Shown: in pieces, positions 25,301 to 39,349 of the stretch
Position numbering within the stretch: the first letter of the stretch is position 1
Layout of the letters: each line of letters begins with the position of its first letter
NCBI GenBank assembly: GCA_000708835.1
Contig: DF237326.1
Location: 1-64,000 of the forward strand
Length of the DNA stretch: 64,000 nucleotides
DNA from: Klebsormidium nitens
Lineage: Eukaryota; Plantae; Klebsormidiophyceae
Direction of reading: 5' to 3'
Notes under the pieces: generated by a model
What the model saw: the letters and a program-made list of their open reading frames with translations, nothing else
Told to the model about the DNA's origin: nothing
Databases searched by the model: none
Program-made: the position numbers and the translations under genes

Positions 25301-28300
25301 GAAAAAGCTGAATAGCAAATGTCAACAGGCGTCGAAACAGACGCATGAGAACATCTCAGCCGGAGGGACGTTCTCGAGAAGAGCAGGATCAACCGCTTCA
25401 AAAATGCAAGTCAAGTTTCTAGACCTTTGAACACGTGACCCTCATTCGAAACGTTTCAAACGTCAACCACAACGCGCTGACGGATACACAGAACCACAAT
25501 CCTGACCATCGGGTAGCCATTCAGGAGTCGTCTGTCGCGCAAAGCGGCCTGGCGTACTGTGGGTCGGAGCCGGTGGTGGCTCACCCTCTCTTTGCACTGC
25601 CGGTTGTCCTTGAGGATGTGCAGCAGCACCCCCGCCGCGCGGCAGCTGGCCTCCAGGTCGCCCTGCCCCCGGCTGGCCACCAGCGCGCGCACCAGGATGC
25701 TCCCGAACGACGCGTGCTCGTCGTCCGCGCCGGTGGACCCCCGCCCCACGCCCGACGGCAGCGGCAGAATGGTGGACGCCAGCGTGGTCTGGCCCTCGGG
25801 GTTGCCCTGCGGCAAAGGAGGACGGGGGGTCTCAGGCCGAGCGGTTGAACAGATGGATAGAGCCTGGCCGGTGGAGTTGCGTAACAGCAACGGTGGTCAT
25901 ATGGACAACGCTACAGCATTCTCCACGAACGATGTCATCTGTCGCTGATCTTTTGTCGGCACATTCGCTCCAGAGAGTCTGGATTTCTGGCGACCGGGAT
26001 CCTCGCTGTGACAAGTTGACTTAATTAAACGCACACCTGTCCATCTTACTACTGCTGGACAGCCTTGGTTACAGGGATTCGCTACCAACCACATGTACAT
26101 TTCGTGTTGTCTCGACGCACCAACGAACCGGCCTCGACTTTCTATCCTCGGCTCCCACTCTTGAGCAGCAATCGGAGATTGACGACTGCCAGCCCGTTGC
26201 GCACCTCGCAGAAGCAGCGGAAGACGTACTCGGCGGCCGCCCTCTCGCGGGGGCTGCCCGCCCTGAGCGCGGCGTGCAGGACGGCGTGCAGTGCGGGCTC
26301 GCTGCCAGCCTCCCCGACCAGCTTGCTCCCCAGCGCCACCTGGCTCGGGCCGTGCCGCGCCACCGCGTCGCCCAGACACCGCAGCGCCTGCGCGCGCACG
26401 CCCACTGACGGCAGCCGCGGGTCCACCGCCAGGGGCACCAGCACGTCCAGCAGCGCGTTCTGTAGCCCAAGAGACGGGGGGTCGAATGTGCGAAGACAAG
26501 CAGAGTCGGCTTGCTTTTATTGATGCGTCAGGCAGCAGCGACGACTTACTCCCGGAGTCGGTTCAAAAAATACAGAGACCTAAGAAAAAATGGGTCCCGC
26601 AATGATGTAGGAGGGCGACATCGTGTTCTGTCGCATGGCTGGGCGGTGCGTTGCTGACCTGTGTGAGCAGGGTCTGGTTGGCCACGATGTTGGCCTCCTG
26701 CCCTGGAGGCATGTTGGCATTCCGCGCCAGCAGGAGCGTCACCGTCTCCAGCGCGCACAGCAGGTTGATTGCCTTCTGGCGCGGCAGGTTCTCTGCGGGC
26801 GCCTTGCGCAGCTTGAGCAGCCCCGGGATGGCTGACAGCCCCACGGTCTCCCGCAAGTAGGTCTGGCAAGACCAAGGAAAAATGTTGATATCAGGACGTT
26901 GAAGGGACCCGGACAAACAGCGGTTAGCCACCACATACTAATCTGCAGCTTCCACGATACCCGCCAACATCAAGAGTGGGTCGTAAGGCTTTGCTCGGCA
27001 AGAGACAGAAGCCAAGACCGAAGGATCTGCAACGAAGCGGAGGGCAAGTAGAGCGAACTCAATCACCCTTTTGAGCTGTTTCAGGGCCGCCTCAGGCCGG
27101 TCGACGAAAAAACTCGCCATCCACAAGAAATCCACGTCGCGACGAGGCGCGAGCGGTTCCCACACCCGTACCTGGTTGGAGGGGTTGTTGCGCAGCAGAT
27201 TGTTGAGCAGCTCGAGGCAGTCCTGCACGATGATGCCGCCGTCGGAGCTGCCCTCGTCCGTCACGATGTGGAACAGCCGCTCGAACGCGCCCTCAAACAC
27301 CACGATCTTCTGGATCTCCTCCGCGGAGCGCGTCAGGAAGATGAGCAGCAGCAGCGCCTCGTTGCGGATGACCTCGCGCTCGCCCAGCATGTCCATCAAC
27401 CGCGCCACGCCCATCGGGGCGCCAAGAATCGCCTCCTGCAGCCTACACCAGAGAAGGAGCGGCGGAGGTCAGATCAGGCTGAGGCTCGTGTCTTCCATTG
27501 GACGGGTGGGACGGAGGGGTCCGGGAAAGAGGTGGGAGTGAGGAGTTGCTGAGTGCCGGGGGGCGAAAACTGCGGGTGAAGGCTGGGGCATGTCGGAACC
27601 GAAGGAATCAGTTGGAAGAGGAAGAGGGTAAGAACACCGTCGATTTGATTAAGAACAGGCCTCAAGCACTCGTAGAAGTGGCAGATATAAAGGGCTTCCA
27701 AAAAGCGCAGCCGAAGTGAGGCCGGTGACAAGAAGGTTCAAGGTCAAACGGTCGTTACAAGTCGAACTCGACTGAAGGGAAAAGACCCAGTTTGGGCACG
27801 GATGGGAGCAGTATGACGGAGGGCCGGACAGAGAGGGTTCAGAGACCAGACGAGATACTGGAATGACATCAACTCGTTGCAAGACATTTGGACGACAATC
27901 AGGCCAAGTGCGACTACAGAAGCGTCTTCCAAAAGGTTTTCAACAGATCTCCAAGGTGAAGCCTTGAAAAAAGCAGAATCAGAAAGTAAGATTCGAATAG
28001 CCCACAGGCTTGCGGGCACCCTGAACGTGACGGACCCAGTCTCCAACATGGTCACAGGGCGAATATCTCGAATAGGACCAGTAAGTATTACAGAGAAGAT
28101 AAAGCAGTACGATGTCACAGACTCTCAAGATTCGAGCACAAGCGGTGGTGGCTGAGTCACCGCATGGGGCGCGCCCTGACCTGCCGGGGCTGTTTTGCAG
28201 GAGCACTGTGAGCAGCTGCACGGTGTGGTAGCGCACGTAGAAGTCGTCCTCCTGCAGCAGGCTCAGCAGCAGCTGCACGCTGCCCGCCTCGCGCGCAAAC

Positions 28301-29815
28301 AGCTCCGCGTTGATGCGCCCGGGGGCCGCCTTGCCCCCCTGCGGCGGCGTCAACACGACCAGAGCGTTGATGAGCGCCTCCAGCGCGCCGCGCACCATCT
28401 CCACGTCCTCGCGCTCCTCACCCAGGACCGCAGTCAGGACGGGCAGGCCTGGGGGCAAAAGCACCAGCGGAGAGATTGGCACGAGGGCTATCCCCATATC
28501 TTCATGACCAACGGGGCTGGCCCAGTGATACGGCCGGCTTCACTTCATTGGGTGAAGCTACTCCCTAACATGGACCCTTCAACGTCGTTGCCCACATGGT
28601 GGACTGGCAGTAACATGAACCTGCCCTAGAAGAGCCAGCTCACACAAGACTGTACCAAAACCTGCTAGAACCTGGTCCCAACTCACAAAGTCATGCTCTT
28701 ATTCAACACCTTAAGTTGACCGGAGATCGCCAATGGGCACCATGTCGGGTGTCGATGCAGGTGAGGTTGAGCTCCATACACAAGTATGCTGCTGTCTCTC
28801 TCTCCCAAATCTATTTTGGCGACAGAAGTAAGCTGTAGGAATACAAACTTTCACTTTAAAACCTGGACTATGCAGACTCCCTTTGCGGTTGTCTTCAAGC
28901 AATGGGCAACCAATCTCCACACCCCAGAGGGGGCTACTTAATTCTAAAGCTGAAACCCTGATGCTTCATGTGAAGAGAAGACTGCGGTGGCTTTCTGCCA
29001 TGCTCTTCTTTCGAACCGGAAACCTCCGCCGGAAACCTCACCCATCGCTCCGAAGGCCATCTGGGCGGTCGGGTTCTCCGCCACAGCGTCTCGCAGCTCC
29101 CCCATCGCAGCACGGCGGTCCTCAGCAAGCCGGCCATTGCTGATGCGCTCCAAGAGCTGCTCAACACCGCTGCACAAGGACAAGCCTCCTAAATCAATTA
29201 TCAGTGAGGCAAAGTAAAATGGGGCCCAAAGGTGGGGCAACAACCAGCAATCACCAATTGTATCCCAAGGGAAACCCTTAAGCTCCTGAGCACTGCTACT
29301 CAACTTGAGAGCCCTCTCAGGAGGCCTCTAGATGTTCAGTAAGGTCTTCCACACAAAGTGCTTTTAAAATGCTGATGCATTGTTAAAAGCTCCTTTCCCT
29401 GGGCGGAGAATTTCATCCTGCAACAGCTTTTGAATTCAGAGATTGCCCCTTTGACAGAAATATCTCAAGCCCTTGGTCTTAGAAACACCAGCTCTCCATT
29501 GAAAGAAGAGTTACGGCGACCTGCTGGAACTCCAGATGACTGAAGAGCAACCTCAGCAAGCATTTAGATGACGAGTTGAACTGTAGACCCATCCCCGATA
29601 GGGGCCTGTGGAGACTACAATGCAGTAACTTAGATGGATTCCCATGGTCATGCTTGACCGAAGTGAAAGGGACAATTGCTGTGGCCAGCTGCATTTGTTG
29701 AGCTAGTATGAGCGCACCCGTCATCATCTGACTGTTCCCCGTTGCCAAAAACGAGACCCCCAACTCCTTGGGCGACAGACTGCAGATTCAATGGCCCTAA
29801 CTTTAAATACGACAT
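22339..29815 (-). CDS. USO1: p115/USO1 vesicle-tethering golgin (plant golgin candidate 6-like), multi-exon
   Basis: MSYLKLGPLNLQSVAQGVGGLVFG | GVEQLLERISNGRLAEDRRAAMGEL; EDDFYVRYHTVQLLTVLL; MGVARLMDMLGEREVIRNEALLLLIFLTRSAEEIQKIVVFEGAFERLF; DGGIIVQDCLELLNNLLRNNPSNQ; coiled coil; EMNDLLVCLGQEEAKVEKLREAL and an acidic tail. Confidence 0.95.
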
Positions 29816-31217
29816 CTTGTTGACAATCAAAGCAAGGACGTTTTGAGGACGAACGCCATCGTTGAAGAAGCTGGGTAGCAATGAAGTAAATTACTCCGGC
29901 CAGACACTGCAATTTGCGGATTGTAAACACTGTATATTGGCCCAGCTGCTAAGAACTAGGTTGACGATAAATTGCTTGGGCAAAATTGTTGCTTACAAAG
30001 ATTCAGTGCGTGAGCGAATCAGCGGCGGGGATGGTACTTGGTCACGATTCACACGTGTTTACTTCAGCCAATCAATCTTCTGTACAGACGATTCTGATGC
30101 TTCTAGCCATTCCCTAAAGACTGAAGTCAACCATCATGTCTGGCACGCAAAGGGCTTATGTGTTCTTCCTTATGGATCCACACATAATTGAATGTATAGT
30201 CGCAAGACAAGGAGCTGGAGCAAGCTACGTAAGTAGGCAGGCTGGCACGCCAATGATATGAATAATACACGTCATCCATTGCATATTGGGTTCGCTCTTT
30301 CACTACGACGCGGACGGTACATGCATCTATTCCGAGCTAGCTCTCGTAAACATACGAAGGTCCACTATTGCATCACGGTGGGCCTGGCATTTGGTCGAAT
30401 GTATTTGAAGCACTGCCGCCATGCCGTGTTGCCTCTGCAGTGTCCAAATATCAATGCGCGCCTATGCATTGCAATATACCGGATCAAGTTCAATGGCTGA
30501 CTCGGGATTTTGATCGGAACACGTATTGCAACAAGTGGCCCGCTGTACAGACATGCCGCGCGTCCAACACGGCGGCCGCGCCGTGTTTGATTTGAATGTA
30601 CAGAAGCTTCGTATTATAGCCCGCACTGCAGGGAGCTAGCTCAGGTCTTCTTGATTTTCAAAAGAGAGACCAGCATGCATGATTTCCCCAACTCAATTCC
30701 AATCGATTTCTGCGTGTGTGTGTCTATTGATCACAATTGGCAGCAATTGTGACTAGTCTCACGCGCTGAATAGAACTCTCTGTCCGATTGCAGGATCACA
30801 TCGTTACAATTTGTCCGAGTCACTCTAGGTTTCACGGACCGGATCAGATTTCCCACACTTTCAGTTCGACATGTTTCTTGATTTCCCGTTGGTTTAAGTC
30901 TTGTGATGGCGTTCCTCAATACTTCTCATTGTGGCAAAAACAGGCTCTACAGATCGCAGCTGCAGTTGTAGGCAATTCCTTACCGTACTCTTTTGTCACG
31001 AACTAAAGACAGCTCTCTTCCATCTATGCCTTTGGCAAAGCATATCATGTGTTTCAATCTACAATCTTGGTACAGGATGCTAAAGTACAGTATACTTGCA
31101 ATACTCAAAGCTTTATCAGTACAACGTCGTCGGCCATGATACACCTCGTTCACAGATCACCTAAAAGCGTTTCACATTCTCCACACCACACCTCAAAGCG
31201 TTACACTTCCGAACTCG

Positions 31218-34200
31218 CTAGCTGGTCTCAACGCTTGCTGGCACTCCCTCTGGTCCCAGTGTGACGACGGCTACTCCACTCGGATCACCCCCCTGCTCTT
31301 CGAAGATGACCAGCAAATTATCGGTGGGCTGCAACCACTCTCTGGGGACGTGGTACCTGTGCACCCCGGGCAAAAAAAGCGTCAGCGTTACATCCAACAA
31401 GCTAGCACACAGAAATGCGTGAACGGGGACAAGCTCAGGGGAGGAAAGCAGGGCTTGCTCGTAGACCGCTTCCCTTGATAGGCCGCAAGGAAGACTTTCG
31501 AGATGACGGACTCAAGCCAAATCAGCCCCGAGCTTGCAAAGGGGAAGGCTACACTGCTCGAAGAACGGATGTCGTAAGCGGGCCGCGAGGGCTGTCTGCG
31601 CGGCTCACCATCTTTGGATGGGCTGGCCGCAGCCGGTGTAGCACTTGTCCGTGCGGAACGGTCCTCGGTAGTCGCATGGCGGGCACTGGCCGGGCGCGGC
31701 AATCTGCGACGGCCAGTGGCGACCGATGCCGTGGCCATTGACCCACACCAGGCCCTTGCCCAGCGACTGCAGGTCCAGAGCGACCGGGGAGGTGCCCGGG
31801 GGGGAGGCGAAGGACGTCTGCAGCAATGGCGGCATTCATGTGTCAAATCGCTAATTTACTGCACTGAAAGGCCGAAATTTTAGGGCCTAATGTGTGGTCT
31901 TCTTCAGAGCATGATGCTGATCTCAAAGGCAAAAATAAACGATATCAAGTTCGGCCAAGTTCTCCTTTCTAGAGGTTCTCTCCTGTACACACCGCTTTGC
32001 TCAGTTGGCAGCGTGTGGCTCGGGCGATCTCTTGATTCTGGTCCGCATTCAGAAGCTACAACTGGCGCTCATGCATCCTCAAAGAGTCATTTCCGAACCA
32101 CACCCTGCTCCGCTCCCGACGACATAGTCGGATGCCTTTGAATCATGCCCGGTGACACCGGGCGAAGCTGCCGGGGGCCGTGCCGAGCGGGTGGTGCGTG
32201 CCCACCTTGTACCAGGTGAAGGGGCTGCCGACGCTCCTGCCCAGGCCAGCGGACCAGGTCACGTTGCGCTGACCCTCGGGGGAGAACACACCGCGGAGCT
32301 CGCCCTCCAAGGCCGTCTGCAACGCACGAGCGATAAGTTCTCGACGGAAGCAAGGGCAATTGGACAGAACTCGACTTCGTCTGAAGCTAAAACCCACATT
32401 CATCCTACATGTCAGCATGCTGAGCGGCGTGGCATCGCTCCCTGTTTCACCCTCCTGATTGGCTTCAAAGGTGACTTGACTTTTCTGGTGCGGCACCGGC
32501 GCCGGCGCACCTCATGCGTCCAGTTGCCGTGGGTGAGATTGGCCGCCAGGTCGATCTCGTTGCGCAGCAGCAGCACGTGCCCCGTGATGCCCGCACCCAT
32601 CTGCTCGAACCGCGGGGAGAAGTTCTGCAGCCAGGAAAAGTGAGTCAAGGTTTTGATAGATTGCTTGTCATCCAGGCACCGAGACCATTTGTTTCAGGAG
32701 GCACCTTTACTGCCACCGCGTGGCTCTGTTTAAAACGTCTTTTCTGAAGGCCTTGGACGATGAGAGACGGGTTGTCGTATGATTTAGGCAGCATCTCAAC
32801 TTCAATACCGCGCTGTCGTCTCAAGGCGTGCACCCAGTCCTCCCAACGACCGAGTTGCCAGCCTCGTATCCCCTGCAGCGCTCACCTGCAGGCCCACCGT
32901 CTCGACCAGGACCGCCAGCTCGTTCTCCGTTCCGTCCTCTCGAGGCGACACGGGAGCAGTCAGGTTCAAGCCGCCCATGACGTGACCTGCAGGATGGACA
33001 GCGGGCACGGTGAGGCTCGGAGCGTTGCCGGAGAGATCGCTTCAATCAAGCATACAAGAACTGTTCCTCAAGCAAAATCTAACTTGATGGGCTCGAAATT
33101 GGCTCACTACCCTGGTGTGCGGATCGCTAGTACGCTAGCGCAGGCGGAAGCCCCATGAGTGCAAGTTTCAATGAAAAGGCTGAAAGCACCTCACCGATGT
33201 AGTCGCCGTTCAGGAAGAAGTGCACCAAATCGCGTGCGGCTGTCAGCATGATGCTGTACGTGGCGTTGTTTGAGTCCGGAAGGCTGGTGGAGTTCAGGGT
33301 AAAGCTGCAGCATAACACATGGGTTAGAACACCCGACGAGCCGTGGGGTTTGCTTTGAGCCGGAGCATCCCGCAATGAAACTCTATGTTCCGCGAGGTTC
33401 TTGTAAAGAAATTGGCAGCTGGAAGAAGGCTGGTACGCTCTTAGGCCCAGTAGATTGATGACGCATGGCAGGTCCGATGCCGGCTTGGGACATCTGTTCG
33501 GAACACCTAGAAGACCCGACGTCAGCAAGCAGTGATTGGCGCGACTACCGACGTGTGTTGACGGGCTGCCCCGCGTACCTGCGCCTGTACCAGAGGTAGT
33601 CGCTCGTGTCCCGCGTGGTGGCGATCTGTTCCAGGGGGACGCGCGCCGTGACGGCATGCTCACGCGGGGACAGCGGCTCGGCCCAGTGACTCCACTCCAA
33701 CGTGCCTGCACGGAAGAGGGGAAAGAGCTCCACCTCTGCTGCTGGATCGTGCAACAGCTACTTCAAGTTGGGTATTTAGAGCACAGAAAATTAAGCGAAC
33801 GGGTCTTGGTGCATAAGCAAGTGGGCCTTTTCCAGGCCTCATGGTTCTGCAGCCACGACATGTGATGAGGACTTGCATGTCTGTCAGCATCGTACTGAAT
33901 GTCTAAACGTTGTGCCGCGTCTTTTGAAACCATACCTCAAACAATCCGCTAACAATATTAATCCGATACGCCGAGGGCACCATGCTTAGTGCTTACCGGA
34001 TTGAACGTGCTCAACGATGCGACGGTCGCCTGTGACCTTTGACGTGGCCGTTGATGCCGCTTCAGTCGTTGATTCCACAATTGGCATGATCGCCTTAGGA
34101 CGAGCCTCCATCTGAGAGTAGAAAGAAAGCCTCAGGATACATCTCTGCGAAGTTGGCCTGGCCTGAAAACAAGTACGGAGACCTGATGAAAATGCATCAG

Positions 34201-37200
34201 CACAAGAAATGAATCTCTGTTTCACTCCTTCACTTCCTCCTATCATGTTGTTTCAAATAAAACACGCCGAACCGAGCTCGGTTGTTCGTTCCAAGCCGTC
34301 AGCGCCGAGCCCCGGCCTATGCTGCAAGATACCTAACAATCATCACAACATTGGGTGCGAGTCCAAAGGCGAAGCATGGCTGCCGTTGCGCGTGGCGGCG
34401 TCACCTGGGCGGTGTTGAAGCGCACAGTGGTGCAGTCGGGCAGGACGGAGACGGACCAGGGCGGCAGCACGTACGGCCGGCCGCGGAACGTGGCCAGGAA
34501 CGGCAGCGACTCGTCCCAGTTGGACAGGAACGCCGCGCACGGGCCACTGCCGTTGCTGGCGCCGAGGGAGGTAAACAGGTGAGCCTGAAAGAAAATTGCC
34601 ATTCACTCGAACGTTTTAAAAAGCGCACAATGTCTGACTTACAGGCTGAATGAAAAGAGCGGACAAAGTTGACAGAGATGAGATGTGTGGACAGAATTTC
34701 GAAATGAACGATAGTTGAGAGATGCGGAACGCCGACTTACGTTTCTTTCGTAGCGCGAGCCAGGGAATGTGAAGCCTCCTAGCTAAGCGCTTGAGAAAGT
34801 GTCTCGAGAACATCGCTTATGATTCAAGGGTGCATCGGACGAGATGCCGCGGGCGGGCAGTCACCTCTTGCTTGGGTCCCAGCTGCTGTACGAGCGGCTC
34901 GTCCACTGCGAGTAGGGCACCCTCGCAAGCGCGGATGGCCGAGTGCAGCGCCGCCAGGTGGCTGTACTTGGGCTCGCGGATGAGGCCTGAATCAAAGGGG
35001 AAGTCTGAATTGGTATACCCCTTTCATGATTCTTTGTGTTTAGACCCGAGTCGAGGGTCAAAACAATGCATGATATCCTAGCCAAAGTCAATTTCAGGAC
35101 TCGACGATCACAAGGTGAAAAAGTGGTACAAGCAGTTGAAACAGTCAGGCTGTCACAAAACGAGGGACACTCTTTCTTTCGAGAAGTCTCCCCCAGCTAA
35201 AATTGACAACGGACAGCGGCGGTCTCTTGGCCACCTCTTCTCAAGCAGATGCGCAAGGCATACTCGAGATGCCGAGACATGCTCACCATATTCGTCGAGG
35301 GGCGCATCGTAGTCGTACGATGTCGTAAGGAAAGGCCCGCCTGTTGTGCGCCCGAAGCTCGTGCCTCCGTGGTACTGCAGCAAAGCAGGCACAAGGAGGC
35401 GTCAAAGGAGGCGTCTAGAACCCATTGAATGCACCAGCTCAGAACCAAATTGAATTCTGGGTTCGCAGAGCCTGCTTGTCGCGACTTTTGAACGGACCAT
35501 CGGGGCAGGCTGTCTCCTCGGACTCATTGCACCAGCTTTACGAGGTAATACAGCAGACCGGGCGGCTGGATTCTGCTGGGCCGCACCATGTAGTAGCTCA
35601 TGAGCGCTCCCCCCTTTGCGTAAAAGCGGGCGACGGCAAACGCGATGTCCTCCGCAGCGCGCCTCGGCATTGGGTACAACCAGCCGCCAAACCTGTGCCA
35701 GGTGAAAAAGCTGTCAGCGGCGAATTCAGCCGCTTCGGCTTGATTCTGAGAGCACGGGACGCTCAGCAGCCGTCGAAGCTGCTGCTCTACGAGACCCACA
35801 GGCAGAGCGGAAAGACGCTTGGAAAAGCAGGGCTGTCGGCGATGCACACCCCAGGTGACAGCGTCCGACTCACGTGCACAGTCAACGCAAGAGTACAATC
35901 CACCGGGACGACAGCATCACATGCACCCCCAATGCTGCGCATTGGTTCAGGAGCGGATGGTGCTTACCAGCCGTCCCAGTTTTCAGTCCACATCTTGGGC
36001 ATGGGCCACCGGTGGGGTTGGAAGTTATCGCAGTAGAAGCCATTGCACGTGTTGACCTGGGGCGAAAGAGGAGCGGAGTGAGCCTCGGCAGAGCCGACAG
36101 ATTTTCCTAGTTAGCGGACGAGGCAGGGCCGAAGGAAGCCCGTGCTCCCGAGAGTTTCAATAACCGTTTCTTCACTTACTGAGGCTGCTTTAGAGTTCTC
36201 CAGTGTCAAAATCTGAACGACGGCTAACTTCACAGCTTCTAACTTTACTCTGGTGCACAATTCCAATGTCACCATTCCAGAGTCTTGCACAGAATGCTCA
36301 TTGCAACAAGATCAGACTCTCGAGAACGGTTTCGGGGACCTACAATGAAGCCCGGGGCGTCTGGTTGCTGGCACATGATCCAGGGCACCCCTGCGTCCAG
36401 GGACTTGGCCATGTCGGCAGCCCAGTAGGCATAACGCTTCCCAGCTTCGCCATACGCGGCTTGGACGCTGCCGTACTCGTTCTCGATCTGCGAGAGGTCG
36501 AAGATGCTTCGTACTTCAGTATGAAAGATTCACAGCAAAATATGGGCACACGAATGTCCAATGTATGTTGCAAAAGCGAGATTGTTCTTGGTTCATTCTG
36601 GATAAATTCTTGGTGGGCTCTCCAACAACATGATTCCTTGGTTGCTACCATTTATGTAGCTTCTCGGTGGGCTCTCCAACAACATGATTCCTGGGTTGCT
36701 ACTTTTTATACAAACATAAGAATCTGCCCTTAGCACTCGCCACAAGCGTGATGCTTGCCAGGATCCTTGCGCTTTTATGGTGTATCCGTTCATGTGTTAC
36801 ATCCCAGCCCCTCCACGCCAAACACAATCCATAGAGAATGTTACATGACTTCTCGACGAAGGTGAGAAATCGCTTCGATGCAGCAGCTTGGGTGATGCCC
36901 TTCTAAGAGAAGAGTGCTCATGGCAGATGCTCACCTGCGCCAGGATGATGGGGCCGCCCTGCCAGCTGAACAGCTGGTGCTCCTTCATCATGGCGACAAT
37001 CTTGCGGGTGAAAACCTCCATCTTCGCCTGCAGTGCACAAGCTTCGACTGTTGCAATACGCGATCCACGGCACAGAAAGGATTCGTTTTCCCACTCTTGA
37101 ACTGACAAAAGTTTTATTCGGAGAGCATCAACATAAGGAAGGAATGTGGGCCATATGCAACAGAAACGGGCAGAAGCGCGCACAGTCAACTCAGCCAACC

Positions 37201-38839
37201 TAGTTCTGTAGTCTGTGAAGCATCACCTTGAATGGTTCATTGTCAGTGCGGAATTCAATGCCAGGCACCTCCAGCAGCCACTGAGGAAAGCCTCTGCAAT
37301 ACCAATGTGTTGTTAGCAGACAAACAAAGTTATGCCCAGCTTACATCACTGGAAATAAGTAAGAGCCAGTAAAAGCGGAACAGGCCTCGGCTTCCGTTGC
37401 TGGTCTAAACCAGGGATATTTCACAACAAGCAATGAAGTGGCCCATGCTCCGAGGGACACCTCTTGCTAAGCAAATGGCTTTGCTGTCAGCTAGATGTCT
37501 CACCCAAGGTTCCACTCTGCGCAAACATATGGACCAATGCGCAGGATGAGGTAAAGACCTGCACTCTGGACGTCTTTCACAAATCGCACCAGGTCGAAGC
37601 GACCCTCAAAATTGAACTGTACACAGCAAGCAAAAACAAGCATCAGGCCTGCAACGACCTTTGGCTGCCGTCCTGATCCTGAAGTGCTTGTCGTGTTGTG
37701 CCCTGCGGTGAATAGTTGGTGATGGAACAATTCACGGCCATGCAAGGTCGTAAAACTCTTTTGCAACAACACAGGAGATTCCTTAGTTGCCACTTAAAAC
37801 CAAGCTGAATATGGAGACTGATTCATCAGGAGAGGTATGAGCAGTCGAGTGAACTTATTAAGGCAAAGTTCTGAGGACCACTGTCTCATACTTACTTGGC
37901 CTTCTTGAGGTTCGTGCCCGTTCCAAAACACATAAGTCTGGATTGCATTCAACCCGCCAGCCTTCGACTTCTGCAGTAGATCAGGCCACATCTGCAGAAG
38001 GCCAAGATGGATAAAAGACGCTTCTGTTAGACTATGAGCAGAGCAGGCACAGGCACAGTAGTAATGCTCATGCACATTGTATTCAACAATCTTTCTGCAC
38101 AAGCAAAGAGATTTTTGGTCATCAGCTTGCGACTACACACTCCTGATTTATATTTTGTACCACGTGTAGGCAGGTAAATATACCAATCTACATATTGCCA
38201 GTGCTTGCAATCATGTTGCCAAGCGAGATTGACGATGTCCCAACTTCCAAAGCTACTACAGGAAGGCAATTAACGCTCCAAAGTCCCTTCAGCATCATGA
38301 TGACCATCAAGAGCACTTTCAAGATATCGTATCGCTCACTCAACATGGGGATGCAATATGAATAAGCTGTTAAGAAATTTGCTGGAGCCTGAAAGCGCAT
38401 TCAATGCCCCGGTCAGCCAATCAGGCCTGTAAAGCACCTGGAAGCCAGTACCCAGCCTTCAACATCTGCTTCACTGCAGAACCAACTCCTTGTAGTAGTC
38501 CACCAGACATTTTTGCCTGACCACCACCACCATCAATCAACAATTGTATCCTGGTAGACACATAAGGAAAGTGGTGCATTCCCTGTGCACTTGTCAATGA
38601 ATGCGTGCACCACCTCAGCAGATGCTCCTAGGAGTGGTGGAGCTGCTCACCGCTGGCGTGCTCCGCGGGTAGTGCACGATTCCTGCTACCACCAGCTGGC
38701 GCTCCCCATTGAAGAGGAGGGAACGGTGGTCGAAGCTCACATTGACCGCCTGACCTCCTTGCGCGCTGGCAGCAATTGCCATATGCAGAATGAGGGTGAA
38801 TAAGAGCAGCGCGCACCGGGACATTGTTGGAAGCTCCAT
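31218..38839 (-). CDS. BGAL: Secreted plant-type beta-galactosidase, glycoside hydrolase family 35, multi-exon
   Basis: Signal peptide; [29 protein letters not shown]; [28 protein letters not shown]; [17 protein letters not shown]; GGPIILAQ|IENEYG (acid/base Glu); [11 protein letters not shown] (nucleophile Glu); [14 protein letters not shown]; [16 protein letters not shown]; [20 protein letters not shown]. Confidence 0.96.
36607..36710. repeat. Two 54-bp tandem copies in a beta-galactosidase intron
   Basis: TTCTTGGTGGGCTCTCCAACAACATGATTCCTTGGTTGCTAC... at 36607 and TTCTCGGTGGGCTCTCCAACAACATGATTCCTGGGTTGCTAC... at 36661. Confidence 0.9.
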
Positions 38840-39349
38840 GGCGCAACCAGAGCAGTGCAAAGGTACTCTTCTGAAGCTTCTGACGTTCCTTTGCTGACAG
38901 ATGGAAGCGCAGCTCAGGACGCTGTTCTGGTCGCGAAGTAGCTGATCGTAGCACTGGCAGGGAAGTAGGTAAGCCAGCCGCTTTTAACACTGCTGGTCTG
39001 CTTCCAATATCCGTTGTGTCACCGTCACTGACTCAGTGTCAGTGTGAGATATCGAGTTCGACGGTGCCCACGAGGGATTCCTCACGAGGGCCGACTGAGG
39101 ACGTGGTGTTGCCAGGCGCTGCATACGGTAGCCTGCGTGGGGGGGGATTGGTCGTCCAGATTAACAGGCCACCATCAGGGCAGCACTACTATTCACCTCT
39201 GTGCAGGACAGCGCTGTCTGCTTGCTCAATCACCTGATTGAGATGGGTGTGCGGAGTTGGTGAAATGGTCAGGACCAGCGGTTACTTCTCTTTGTAGAGC
39301 ACCGACCTGTTCATACTACGGTACGAGCTTAAAAGCTCTAGTTAGCACA

